Origin: Candidatus Omnitrophota bacterium
Lineage (GTDB): Bacteria; Omnitrophota; Gorgyraeia; Gygaellales; Profunditerraquicolaceae
Reading direction: 5' to 3'
NCBI GenBank assembly: GCA_043800555.1
Contig: JAZDMX010000008.1
Span: 5,340 to 69,339, forward strand
DNA: 64,000 bases
Shown here: one piece after another, positions 19,270 through 28,967 of the stretch
Layout of the letters: each line of letters opens with the position of its first letter
Numbering within the stretch: the first letter of the stretch is position 1
Notes under the pieces: model-generated
The model's database searches: none
What the model was told of the DNA's origin: nothing
What the model saw: only the letters and a program-made list of their open reading frames with translations
Made by a program: the position numbers and the translations under genes

Positions 19270-20238
19270 TCAGATCTGGCGCAAAATTATTCTTTTAAAC
19301 AAACGAAACAATTTAACAATGGGTATAGGTAGAAAAGTTAATAAAAGTAACAACAACCTTTTGTTTTTGAAACTAGTTGTTCTGTTTTCAATTAGTAACT
19401 GTCTAGCGGTATTAATTTCTCCCTTTACTATACACCTGCCTGCTCGTTCGATTTCTTTCATACTGATATACTCAGCTAAATATACTTTATTCTCATCCGA
19501 TATCTCAGAATCTAAAATTGCTTCACGGGCGGTTTTTACAAATCTATACTGAGTTATTGAATAGTCTGTAGGAGATACCCTATTCAACGCGTTTCTATAA
19601 TATACAGCTCCTATAACATTACTAAAAGCTATTGAATATTTCAAACTTACTCGTAGCCACATGTCAAGATCTCCACCGAGCTTTTCCCCAACCGGAAACT
19701 TACCAGCTGTATCAAATACTGTTTTAGGAATAACGGTAGCAGAAGAACAGACGGGTGGATTACCCAACGCTGATTCAAAATAATTAGGTATTATGCCTTC
19801 CCATGGATATCTTGGAATAGCTTTGAATTTAACTCTTACTATCTGGCCGTTTGGCTCTTTTCTTTCATATGCTGTAGCATAAGCTCCTGCATTTGGGTAA
19901 TTGGTTTTTAGCCTCAAAATCGTTTCAAGAAATTGAGGTTTCCATTCATCGTCAGCATCTAGAAATGCAATTAAACTTGTCTTTACCTCATCTATCCCCC
20001 TGTTTCTTGCAGCACATTCTCCCTGATTTCTCTGTTGGATAATTCTAATCCTATCATCCCGTATCTTTTTAATAACTTTTGCGCTATTGTCGGTTGAGCC
20101 ATCGTCAATAACAATAATCTCAAAATCTTGTATAGTTTGACTTAGGACTGAATTAATGGCTCTAGATATGTACCGCTCCTTATTATAAAGCGGAATAACT
20201 ACACTGATTTTAGACATTGTAATTGTATTAATTATCAA
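19270..20238 (-). CDS. Family 2 glycosyltransferase
   Basis: ISVVIPLYNKERYISRAINSVLSQTIQDFEIIVIDDGSTDNS. Confidence 0.85.
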   Translation of the reverse strand: MIINTITMSKISVVIPLYNKERYISRAINSVLSQTIQDFEIIVIDDGSTDNSAKVIKKIRDDRIRIIQQRNQGECAARNRGIDEVKTSLIAFLDADDEWKPQFLETILRLKTNYPNAGAYATAYERKEPNGQIVRVKFKAIPRYPWEGIIPNYFESALGNPPVCSSATVIPKTVFDTAGKFPVGEKLGGDLDMWLRVSLKYSIAFSNVIGAVYYRNALNRVSPTDYSITQYRFVKTAREAILDSEISDENKVYLAEYISMKEIERAGRCIVKGEINTARQLLIENRTTSFKNKRLLLLLLTFLPIPIVKLFRLFKRIILRQI

Positions 20239-21398
20239 ATAATTTTGAGCATGTTGATCTTTGGATTATTATTTAAAGCGTTACGGTAAACATAAAGAAT
20301 AATTAGAATTGTCCAGAAAAATATTGAATAATTAGCTTCAAGAACAAACGATACTACTAGCCATCCTATATATATTCCTAAAACAGGGAAACTTCTTTTA
20401 GAAAATAGACTGACAAACAGCTTAATTATAATTATAAAAAAAGGCAAAGCGCCAATAATCCCAAACTGGATTAGGAATGTAAGGAAAGTGTTGTGGGCTG
20501 ACAAGCTAGCAGATAATAAATTTGTTGTATATGCTAAACCTTGTCCCCAAAGAGGTTTATTGGTAAAAGCGTTTAGTCCTTGCTCCCATTTATATATTCT
20601 ATATATGTTACTATTATCTAAAATATAATTTCTCTCAAAGAATCTTTGGAAAGTTTGAATGGGTAAAAAAGAATACAATACTACGAAAAGAACAATAGCT
20701 AGCAGTAAAATGCTATAAAAGTTTATCTTTTTAAATCCTATAGTAGCAAACCCGATACCAATAAATAATGCTAACATTGCTCCGCGAGAGCCTGTAAGAA
20801 GTACTCCGGAAGATATTAGGATAAAAAGAATTAGGAAAAATGTTCTTTCTCTTTTTTCTTCTCTAGCCAAGAATCTAATCCAACAGAGTACCGCTGGAAA
20901 ATACATAAAAGCTCCCAGAAAATTACAGTCTACAAAATCACCATTACTGAGCGAAATTGTATATCTAAATGTACCGGACCAGTCATACATTTCTCTCTTG
21001 TAAAGAATAATTAGCAAAGTTATTATTGTCGAAGAAATAATATAGCCATTGCACATAATTTTTAATTTTTCCAGATCGTAATCCCTAGGAATAGTCAGTA
21101 AAAAAAACAAAGCCAACCATAGACAGTATGAAAGAAATACGCCAGTAGTAACATAGGAAAACATTAGGTTGCCAGCAACCTTTAGACATAAAATAGAAAA
21201 AAATACCAGAGCACTATAATGCTCTATTCCCATCTTTCTAAAGTTTCCTTTTGATTCTATGATAGCAACAAAAAATATTAATACTGGAAGAAAATAATAA
21301 TTCGTTATTCCAAGATATTTATCATTTGCAAAAATTATCATGACAAGGAATAAGGAAAATAAATATGCGCTTGGTGTATTCCTTTTATTAAGTTTCAT
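20235..21398 (-). CDS. O-antigen polymerase/ligase family membrane protein (Wzy-like)
   Basis: 387 aa with about 10 transmembrane segments. The motif SAHNTFLTFLIQFGIIG belongs to the Wzy_C domain. Confidence 0.7.
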   Translation of the reverse strand: MKLNKRNTPSAYLFSLFLVMIIFANDKYLGITNYYFLPVLIFFVAIIESKGNFRKMGIEHYSALVFFSILCLKVAGNLMFSYVTTGVFLSYCLWLALFFLLTIPRDYDLEKLKIMCNGYIISSTIITLLIILYKREMYDWSGTFRYTISLSNGDFVDCNFLGAFMYFPAVLCWIRFLAREEKRERTFFLILFILISSGVLLTGSRGAMLALFIGIGFATIGFKKINFYSILLLAIVLFVVLYSFLPIQTFQRFFERNYILDNSNIYRIYKWEQGLNAFTNKPLWGQGLAYTTNLLSASLSAHNTFLTFLIQFGIIGALPFFIIIIKLFVSLFSKRSFPVLGIYIGWLVVSFVLEANYSIFFWTILIILYVYRNALNNNPKINMLKII

Positions 21399-21461
21399 AT
21401 GTTTATTATGTAAAAAATATTTCTAATTCAATAATTTCTAATAAAAGTCTTTGTGGAATTA

Positions 21462-22514
21462 TTAAATTACCATCTTTCCAAATCTTCCACGCACTCCGTC
21501 TTTAATTGCTTTTATTACGAGGGCAAGCTTTTTTAGGCTTCGGTCAAAAATAATAATAGAAGTTATATATTTAAGCGCTATAAAATAAAACAAAGCATAG
21601 GCTTTAAAAGGCTCAAAGCACGAATATTTCCTAATATACTGGAACACGAGAAATTTATTCCTAATGCCGTAATAAAATGGACTATCGGAAGTCCCCCTTT
21701 TTTTCTTAATCCACAAAAACCTTTTTTCGATGATTCTCGGTTTTATTTTCTTTATAAAATAAACATTATGAAGATATATAACGTTAGTATAGAGTGAGGC
21801 TAAGAAACCATAAATCGTGTCATCTTGACAAATAAAGAATCTTTTGTCCGGATAGCCAATATTTTTAATAAGGTTACTATTTATTAGCATCCCTTCAAAA
21901 CATCCTTGGTTAACACTTGTAAACAATTTTTCATTTTTTAACGATGAAGTTTCCAATTCATATGATCTGTATAAAGTAAATCCTGTAGTATAATCTATAA
22001 AATTCTCCCAATAAAAAGGTTCACTATCAAAGTACTTTTTCCTAGGATGAATACATTGAGAAAATGATTGAAAATTTAGCATTGATGACAATGTTGGAGG
22101 ATCTTCTGGGCTTACATCATCATCCATCAACCACAACCAACCATATCCAGCTTCATAGCCACGCTTAACACCTTCGTGAAAACCACCGGCACCACCGGTA
22201 TTTTCATGCATGCGCACATAATGGACCATTATATCTCTATTTATATGTTCTTCTGAAAGCATCTTAACGGTATTAGTCTCTTCTATCGGTTCTGTTTCAG
22301 TATGCAGAATTAGCTTAATGTATCCCTTTTCTAACAAGATCTCCGGAGTTCCATCTGTTGAATCATTATCTATAATGTATATAGCATCAACAGGATGTGT
22401 TTGTTTACGAAGCGCATCGAGACACTCTAATAGCAACACTTTTCTATTGTACGTTACCACGACTGCCGCTATTGTCTGTTTTGATTCTGTTTTATTTACG
22501 ATATCATTACTCAT
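21462..22514 (-). CDS. Family 2 glycosyltransferase, possibly a galactofuranosyltransferase
   Basis: AAVVVTYNRKVLLLECLDALRKQTHPVDAIYIIDNDSTDGT. It overlaps the downstream glf gene by 4 nt. Confidence 0.75.
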   Translation of the reverse strand: MSNDIVNKTESKQTIAAVVVTYNRKVLLLECLDALRKQTHPVDAIYIIDNDSTDGTPEILLEKGYIKLILHTETEPIEETNTVKMLSEEHINRDIMVHYVRMHENTGGAGGFHEGVKRGYEAGYGWLWLMDDDVSPEDPPTLSSMLNFQSFSQCIHPRKKYFDSEPFYWENFIDYTTGFTLYRSYELETSSLKNEKLFTSVNQGCFEGMLINSNLIKNIGYPDKRFFICQDDTIYGFLASLYTNVIYLHNVYFIKKIKPRIIEKRFLWIKKKRGTSDSPFYYGIRNKFLVFQYIRKYSCFEPFKAYALFYFIALKYITSIIIFDRSLKKLALVIKAIKDGVRGRFGKMVI

Positions 22515-23620
22515 AGCTTTTCATAATCCTCTAGTACTTTTTCAATAACATGGTTCATATCATAATATTTGTATTCCGCAAGGCGGCCGCCGAAAAAGAC
22601 ATTTTTCTCCTTGCGCGCTAATTCTTCGTATTGTCCTAGAATCTTCTTATCCTGAGGAGAGTTCACCGGGTAATATGGTTCATCGTTATGAACACAAGAG
22701 TATTCTTTTATAATCACCGTTGTGTTCGGTTTATACTGTTTTTCGCGATGCATATGCTTCGGTTCATGGATTCTGGTATACGAAACATCCGAGTCGGCAA
22801 AGTTCATGACACTCGTCCCTTGATAATCGTCAATTTCCAATCGTTCCATTTCAAAGCGCACCGATCGCCATTGCAAGCGTCCAAAGTTATAATCGAAGTA
22901 CCGGTCTATAGGCCCGGTGTAAATAATCTTTCCCGACAGTTCTAACCAATGCTGTTTCTGTGCGAAAAAGTCTGTATTTAATTCAACCGGAATATCTTTA
23001 AGCATACGTTCAAATATTCTCGTATACCCATCTTTCGGAAGTCCTGAATAGAGATCATTGTAATATGCATCAAAATAGGAATTACGTACCGGGAGCCGCG
23101 TAATAATCTCGGGGGGCAAATCTTTAGGATCGCAATTCCACTGTTTTATTGTGTAATTTTTAATAAAAGCTTCGTATAATTCAACGCCGATTAAACTGAT
23201 TGCCTTTTCTTCAAGATTCTTCGGATGCTCAATATGCGGCCGCTTTGATGCGATAAAAGCATCCACTTCGCCGGGTTTGAGATTTATTCCATAGAACGCG
23301 TTGATCGTCCCCAGATTGATCGGCATCGCATATACTTTATTTTTATGCGTCGTCAAAACCCGGTGCTGATACCGGTTGAACTCATTAAAGCTATTAACAT
23401 AATCCCATACTTCTTTATTGTTGGTATGGAATATATGCGTACCATACTTATGCACTGTAATGTTCGTATCTTCATATTCGTATGAATAACAATTACCGCC
23501 GATGTGGTTTCTTTTCTCAAGAATAAGAACGCTTTTACCGCTAGAATGCAAGCGTTCAGCTAAAACAGCACCATAAAAACCACAGCCAACAATGATATAA
23601 TTATATTTTTCCATGGACAT
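22511..23620 (-). CDS. glf: UDP-galactopyranose mutase
   Basis: 369 aa. The motif YNYIIVGCGFYGAVLAERL is the FAD-binding Rossmann motif, with GLF family similarity throughout. Confidence 0.9.
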   Translation of the reverse strand: MSMEKYNYIIVGCGFYGAVLAERLHSSGKSVLILEKRNHIGGNCYSYEYEDTNITVHKYGTHIFHTNNKEVWDYVNSFNEFNRYQHRVLTTHKNKVYAMPINLGTINAFYGINLKPGEVDAFIASKRPHIEHPKNLEEKAISLIGVELYEAFIKNYTIKQWNCDPKDLPPEIITRLPVRNSYFDAYYNDLYSGLPKDGYTRIFERMLKDIPVELNTDFFAQKQHWLELSGKIIYTGPIDRYFDYNFGRLQWRSVRFEMERLEIDDYQGTSVMNFADSDVSYTRIHEPKHMHREKQYKPNTTVIIKEYSCVHNDEPYYPVNSPQDKKILGQYEELARKEKNVFFGGRLAEYKYYDMNHVIEKVLEDYEKL

Positions 23621-24884
23621 AACCCGCTTTAAGTATGCCTTTTTTATGAAGATACAAGAACATCGTCAGCGTAACAAAAGATTCGGTAGTCAGAACTGCC
23701 ACCGCAAGCCCTATGTGTTTGAAAAACGGCACCAGTATCAAGGCAAGTGGTATATTAATAAATCCCGCCGCGATGAGTATTCTTGAAAATGCCTCTTTCA
23801 TATTAAATGTTATCATTGTCTGAATACCAAAGATATTGCTAAGAGCAATTATAAACGGCAGGAAAGCAAGTATTCTCAAAACAGTGATGGATTCTGTAAA
23901 TTGCGCGCCAAGAAGTAATCTCACTATTGGCCCAGAAAGGACGAATATACTCAACGATATCGCAAAGCTTCCTCCTCCAATAATAAAAAGAGCTTTTTTA
24001 ATAAAATGCACAGCCCTTTCTTTTGAATCTGCTACAAGTTTACTTATATGTGGGTAAATAGTCTGTGAAATAGGGTTAAGCAGCTTTTGCCCGCTCTTTA
24101 TTATTCTCTCGGCGGCGCTGTAATAACCGACGATCGTATTATTAGTGAAAAGCCCAAGAATAAAGGTATTACTGGTTGTATAAAGGCTTATGGCTGCAGT
24201 TGAGATAAAGATATGCCATCCATCTTTGAATTCATCCGCTATATCCACAACTGAAACCAGCTTTAGGCGTACATGAAATCTTTTTACGGCGATAGCTATA
24301 CTAAGAATACCTGTAGTTATACCGCCTATTGCGGCTAGAAGCGGAACATAAAAGTAGTCCCCCTGTTTCTTAACAAATACGAATACCGCTACCAAAAAGA
24401 TTGTTTTCGCAATAAGGTTAAGGAATGCTATAAGTTTCATCTTTTCCATTCCCTGAAACAGCCATATCGGGAATAAAATATTGCTTATTACAAAAGCGAA
24501 GCAACAATAATACAATCCCCAGTCGGCCCTGAATTTCGGGATTGAAAATACTAGCGCTGAAAGTATCATAAAACTTAATAACATAAGACAGAATTTGATA
24601 AGCATTACCGAGCTAAAAATACGCGATACCTTTTCGATATCATTACGATGAATTGATACGTTCCTATTCGCGGAGAGGTTAAACCCGTAATCGGTAAGAA
24701 GCACAAAATACTGGACAAATGCCTGCGCGAAGGCAATAAGGCCAAACTTCTCCACCCCGAGCACCCTTACCAGATACGGCAAGGTAATGAGAGGAAATAG
24801 ATAATTCGCCACTTCAACCGATGAGAGGCTGAAGAAATTAGTTATTAATTTCCTTTTATCTTTAGTAAAATTAGTTATGGTCAT
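23601..24884 (-). CDS. wzx: Oligosaccharide flippase (Wzx, MOP superfamily)
   Basis: 427 aa with about 12 transmembrane segments and the polysaccharide-biosynthesis-protein architecture. Confidence 0.75.
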   Translation of the reverse strand: MTITNFTKDKRKLITNFFSLSSVEVANYLFPLITLPYLVRVLGVEKFGLIAFAQAFVQYFVLLTDYGFNLSANRNVSIHRNDIEKVSRIFSSVMLIKFCLMLLSFMILSALVFSIPKFRADWGLYYCCFAFVISNILFPIWLFQGMEKMKLIAFLNLIAKTIFLVAVFVFVKKQGDYFYVPLLAAIGGITTGILSIAIAVKRFHVRLKLVSVVDIADEFKDGWHIFISTAAISLYTTSNTFILGLFTNNTIVGYYSAAERIIKSGQKLLNPISQTIYPHISKLVADSKERAVHFIKKALFIIGGGSFAISLSIFVLSGPIVRLLLGAQFTESITVLRILAFLPFIIALSNIFGIQTMITFNMKEAFSRILIAAGFINIPLALILVPFFKHIGLAVAVLTTESFVTLTMFLYLHKKGILKAGYVHGKI

Positions 24885-24920
24885 AATTTGCGCCAGCTAT
24901 TTGGGTTAGCCCTAGCAATC

Positions 24921-25889
24921 TTACACTATTCGTTCTAATTCGCTTTTCAGTATCGCCTCAAGATCGTATTCTGGCTGCCAGCCGAGAATTGTTTTTGCTT
25001 TTTCGGATGAAGCAACAACAGTTTCAACATCGCCCGGTCTGCGGGGCCCAACAGCATAAGGAACTTCACAATTAGCTGTTTTTGCCGCGGTTTCAATTAC
25101 TTCCAGCACGGAAAATCCAGCTCCATTCCCAAGATTGAATACTTCATTTTCTACGCCTCTTTCAAACGCTGATAGGGCTAAAAGATGCGCTTGGCATAAA
25201 TCCAGGACATGGATGAAATCACGGATGCCTGTGCCATCGGATGTTTTGTAATCTGTCCCGTAAACAGTAAGCTTGCCTTTCCCGCGCAAGGCGCGCATAG
25301 TATTGGAAATCAAATGCGTCGGTTCCGGCCTTCCCTTTACCGGCCACTTGTAACGGGTGTCCCATCCGGCAACGTTGAAATAGCGCAGCGCGATAAACTC
25401 GATACCGCCAGCCTGCGCTGCGTCGGCAAGTATTTTTTCTGACATCAGTTTTGAAGCGCCATACGGGCTTAGGGGGATAGTTGGTTCGTTTTCGGTTACC
25501 GGCATATGTTTTGGCGAGCCATATACCGCTGCCGTTGAGGAAAACACGATCTTACGCGCGTCATGGTCGCGCATAGCCTGCAAAAGGTTCAACGTGCCGC
25601 CGACGTTATTGCGGTAATACATAACCGGCTCTTTCATCGATTCAGGAACCACGATTTTTGCCGCAAAATGCATAGCCGCGTCAATATGGAATTTGTCAAA
25701 TACGCGCTGAATTGCCGGGAGAGAACAGAGGTCGCCTTTTACAAAGCGGGCCTTCTTTGCGATCCAGGGTTTGATGCCGGTTGAAAGGTTGTCAAATATC
25801 ACAACTTTATGCCCGGTTTCAAGGAGCATACGCGCCATATGCGCTCCGATGTATCCTGCTCCTCCGGTAACAAGGATTGTTTTTTTCAT
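24921..25889 (-). CDS. galE: NAD-dependent UDP-sugar 4-epimerase (GalE-like)
   Basis: TILVTGGAGYIGAHMARMLLETGHKVVIFDNLSTG with the YxxxK short-chain dehydrogenase fold. Confidence 0.85.
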   Translation of the reverse strand: MKKTILVTGGAGYIGAHMARMLLETGHKVVIFDNLSTGIKPWIAKKARFVKGDLCSLPAIQRVFDKFHIDAAMHFAAKIVVPESMKEPVMYYRNNVGGTLNLLQAMRDHDARKIVFSSTAAVYGSPKHMPVTENEPTIPLSPYGASKLMSEKILADAAQAGGIEFIALRYFNVAGWDTRYKWPVKGRPEPTHLISNTMRALRGKGKLTVYGTDYKTSDGTGIRDFIHVLDLCQAHLLALSAFERGVENEVFNLGNGAGFSVLEVIETAAKTANCEVPYAVGPRRPGDVETVVASSEKAKTILGWQPEYDLEAILKSELERIV

Positions 25890-25903
25890 AGGTTTACTTT
25901 AGA

Positions 25904-25968
25904 TAAGGCGTATATTTATCAACGGTTTTCCGGTAATTCCTGCTATAAGGCTTAAGCTCAAGCGCCTG
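25904..25968. repeat. Cassette-boundary direct repeat, copy 1 (65 bp; the most diverged)
   Basis: taaggcgtatatttatcaacggttttccggtaattcctgctataaggcttaagctcaagcgcctg. Homologous to 28087-28169 and 29682-29764. Confidence 0.85.
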
Positions 25969-26313
25969 AGCAAGTCGGGTAAAGATGCCCTCTATCTAAC
26001 AATTCAAATTTATCTGCAAGCATAGAAATAATCAGACTTAATCAATCCGCATAGCCAATGGCTGAGGATACCAATTTAATCGTCCATCCGTCGTTTTGGC
26101 GGTCATGAAGCGGACGAGTCGTTGTTTAACAAAAGGTAAAAAAGGAATCGGTCTGTACTGAACAACCACAGCTATGTCAGCAAAACTAACGGGACTAATA
26201 TTAAACTGCCTCAAAGGGAATCTGACAGTATATTTATCAGTGTTTTAGCTTCACTGCCATTATGCCTTTTGGCCTGTTATAAAACTACAGGCCATGGTTT
26301 TTCCCCTTCTGCG

Positions 26314-27345
26314 TCAAACTGCGCAGTTTATTCCATTAATTTGTTCTTCGATGACCCGCAGTTTTTCTATAATACGCTCAAATGACGGTGGCTCTTCAAA
26401 AAACATTTGCTGCATCTGGCGGTAATCATTTTTCAGTTGGTTCATTTGATCATCGCGGGGCACTAACCGTAAACTACCCGCGCTTGCTTTATCGTAGCGC
26501 GCCCGGTTATCTTTAAAAAACAAGGATTTATGCTCAGAAACATGTTTCAATAACGATATGTTTTCCAGAGCCCGTTTATATATAGGCGATCCTGCCATCG
26601 CGTATACATCATAATAATGCCGTGACATTCGCAATGGCACATTTTTTTCAGGCGGATAATGATATATCATATGCAAAATTGTCGCTTTCTCCCAAAAAGT
26701 CCGTTCCGCGGCTAAAACACGCACAGAAGCCCCTGTAATTGACTTTTCACCGAGAATACCTGCAATATATGGAATAGCTACGGCGGTTTCAACCGGCCAA
26801 TGGTCAGACCGGGCGCCAAATTCAATTTTGACTGAAGGCCTTACATAGTTTTCGCTAACGCCCGACATAGCCTGAGGAAAAGTAAACAAAACCGTTTGCC
26901 TATCCGCATCATCCTGAGCCAGCTCAGTCCCCCACTCTCCGTTATCAGAAAGGACTGCCGCGATCGCCTGCTTTAAATCAGGAAGAATAATTTTATCAAT
27001 TTTCATCTTGCAAGCCACTTGCAATTCTTTAAGCCTTTTTTGGTTTTCCTTATTGCTCTTTCCTCTATCCGGTTCGGTAACCGCCGTATTTGACAAAAAC
27101 AGCCGCTCTATCGAGATATCAATATCCTCCGAAAAACGCTTAATAACATTAAAACATTTCGAGAGAGATGTCCCTCCTTTAAAAGTCAAATGCGCGCTAA
27201 TCTCCGGCAATGAAAAAAGGATTTTTAGTATCCAGCATACCCAAAAATCTTTTTCAACCAATTGCGGCATTATGCCTAAATTAGCCGCGGCTGCTTCAAA
27301 GTACGCGCGTTTATCTTTATTCGATAGTAATGCAAATTTATTCAT
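26314..27345 (-). CDS. AbiEii/AbiGii-family nucleotidyltransferase toxin (DUF1814), toxin-antitoxin pair 2
   Basis: 343 aa. The motif FKGGTSLSKCFNVIKRFSEDIDIS is the AbiEii signature. Confidence 0.85.
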   Translation of the reverse strand: MNKFALLSNKDKRAYFEAAAANLGIMPQLVEKDFWVCWILKILFSLPEISAHLTFKGGTSLSKCFNVIKRFSEDIDISIERLFLSNTAVTEPDRGKSNKENQKRLKELQVACKMKIDKIILPDLKQAIAAVLSDNGEWGTELAQDDADRQTVLFTFPQAMSGVSENYVRPSVKIEFGARSDHWPVETAVAIPYIAGILGEKSITGASVRVLAAERTFWEKATILHMIYHYPPEKNVPLRMSRHYYDVYAMAGSPIYKRALENISLLKHVSEHKSLFFKDNRARYDKASAGSLRLVPRDDQMNQLKNDYRQMQQMFFEEPPSFERIIEKLRVIEEQINGINCAV

Positions 27346-27351
27346 AATTTT

Positions 27352-27951
27352 TTAGTCCTGCAGTTGCCTAAATACCGGCCCTATCCACGCAGGGGCATAG
27401 CGAAGATCGCGCATAAGACGGCGCTTATCGTTTCCGGTCAATCTTTTTTTAAGTATTCCTATTATTTTATCATCCGCATGGCCTTTTCCTAAATACCGCA
27501 AAGCCTGAATAACTAAACCGCTGATATTCCCGGCAGCCGCCATATTCTTGGGTGTTGTCCTTTTTAAAATAATCTGCTGTTTTTCAACCTGAACTATCCT
27601 GTTGGCGCCATCGGTTAAGAAAACAATTTTCGCCGGCACCTGCTCGGTTAAGCCCAGAAGATTGGCGGCGTATGCCCCGGAAGGCTGAATTTTCAAGTTA
27701 TCCCTTCCCGCTAATGCTTGAGCGATGCGTTCATAATTCGCGGGCAACTCTCCCAATACGGGATGCTTCTTCGGGTAATCATACAAACCGCGCGCGAGCC
27801 GCCGGATAGCGCCGGAGATTGCTAAACGCTCTAAAGCCTTAGCTACTGCCGCGCGGCTTCCAAGGTCAAAAAAGTGAGCTGGAGTAAATACCCAACCCCT
27901 CTTTTTACCATGAATTCTGCTAGCTACTCTATTATCGACATATTTTATCAT
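27352..27951 (-). CDS. DUF6088/AbiEi-like antitoxin, toxin-antitoxin pair 2
   Basis: The motif GWVFTPAHFFDLGSRAAVAKALERLAISGAIRRLARGLYDYP is the AbiEi-like winged-helix. I chose the ATG at 27949-27951 (MIKYVDN...). The ORF track extends to a TTG at 27999, which lies inside the operator palindrome. Confidence 0.7.
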   Translation of the reverse strand: MIKYVDNRVASRIHGKKRGWVFTPAHFFDLGSRAAVAKALERLAISGAIRRLARGLYDYPKKHPVLGELPANYERIAQALAGRDNLKIQPSGAYAANLLGLTEQVPAKIVFLTDGANRIVQVEKQQIILKRTTPKNMAAAGNISGLVIQALRYLGKGHADDKIIGILKKRLTGNDKRRLMRDLRYAPAWIGPVFRQLQD

Positions 27952-27968
27952 AATATCAACCTTTTTCC

Positions 27969-27998
27969 TGTCGCAAAAAGTATATACTTTTTGCGACA
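27969..27998. promoter_or_regulatory. Perfect 30-bp palindrome TGTCGCAAAAAGTATATACTTTTTGCGACA overlapping the -10 element of the pair-2 promoter; putative autoregulatory operator
   Basis: A TTGACA -35 element at 28002-28007 sits just upstream (minus strand), and the palindrome contains the TATATA/TATACT -10 candidates. Confidence 0.6.
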
Positions 27999-28086
27999 AA
28001 ATGTCAAGTATTCTTTCTTCTTGGCCGTTTCGCTGCTGCGGAGGCGGCTGGTGTTAGGAAAACCAGGGGACAGGCCCAGGGTTTTC

Positions 28087-28169
28087 CTATTTTAAGTAAG
28101 GCGCGTATTTATCAACGATTTTCCGGTAATTCTGGCTATAAGGCTTAAGCTCAAGCGCCTGGGTTAGCT
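28087..28169. repeat. Cassette-boundary direct repeat, copy 2 (83 bp)
   Basis: ctattttaagtaaggcgcgtatttatcaacgattttccggtaattctggctataaggcttaagctcaagcgcctgggttagct. The stop codon of toxin 3 (28164-28166) lies inside the repeat. Confidence 0.9.
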
Positions 28170-28967
28170 AAGTAAGTTAATGAAGGTTTCCGGGGCAAGA
28201 AGCTCAAGCTCATTTTGATCCTCAAGAAACCTCCTGACTTCATCCCTCACTTTTTCCCAGTCTAAAGTTTTAACAACTTTCTTAATTTCCTCTTTCCAGT
28301 TTTCTGGAGTAAACTTAAGCGGCTCTTTAAAAGTTTGAGCCATGGCATTGTTCAACATAATGTAATTAGGCTCTACATCTTTAAATTTAGACAAATACCA
28401 GATCAAATCATACCAGTCCCTTCCCTTGGTATATTTCCGGCACAATAAAGCGTGAATCTTTCCGGCGAATAATGATTTAAGGTCATAATGCAGGATATAG
28501 AACATAAACGGAGAATTAACCATAGTATGCGCTTCAACTCCTCCTGCGGGAGGGCGAGAGTCGATTTCTACTTTAATTAAGAACTTTTCATCTTTCAGCG
28601 GGCTTAAACCGTTTTCAAGCAGAATACCGGAAAATTTCAACAAAGCGCTACTTACCGCCAGATGCGTTTTTGTTTTAATCTCTAATGAGTAGCCGGCCTG
28701 TTTAAACTCCTGCGCGATATCGCGCATCATCGCGTTAAAATCAATCTGTTTAGCTCTGGAAGAAAGGCTAAAATCAATGTCTTCGGAAAACCGCTTAATC
28801 CGGTAAATAAAGCGCAAGGCCGTGCCTCCCGTAAAAACCATTTCTTGGTAATATTTTTTGCGATAAAGGACATACAAAAAATACGCCTGAATATATTCGC
28901 GGATACGGTTTAGGTTATCATCCGCGGACGCATTTTTATTTACGATTGATTTAATGTAGCCTCTCAT
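28164..28967 (-). CDS. AbiEii/AbiGii-family nucleotidyltransferase toxin (DUF1814), toxin-antitoxin pair 3
   Basis: 267 aa. The motif FTGGTALRFIYRIKRFSEDIDFS is the AbiEii signature. Confidence 0.85.
   Translation of the reverse strand: MRGYIKSIVNKNASADDNLNRIREYIQAYFLYVLYRKKYYQEMVFTGGTALRFIYRIKRFSEDIDFSLSSRAKQIDFNAMMRDIAQEFKQAGYSLEIKTKTHLAVSSALLKFSGILLENGLSPLKDEKFLIKVEIDSRPPAGGVEAHTMVNSPFMFYILHYDLKSLFAGKIHALLCRKYTKGRDWYDLIWYLSKFKDVEPNYIMLNNAMAQTFKEPLKFTPENWKEEIKKVVKTLDWEKVRDEVRRFLEDQNELELLAPETFINLLS

Noticed and set aside
25969-26313. 345-bp non-coding spacer between repeat copy 1 and the toxin-2 stop, considered as a possible small RNA or gene remnant
   Set aside because: I found no convincing ORF, no conserved structure, and no promoter or terminator signature. 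I left it unannotated.
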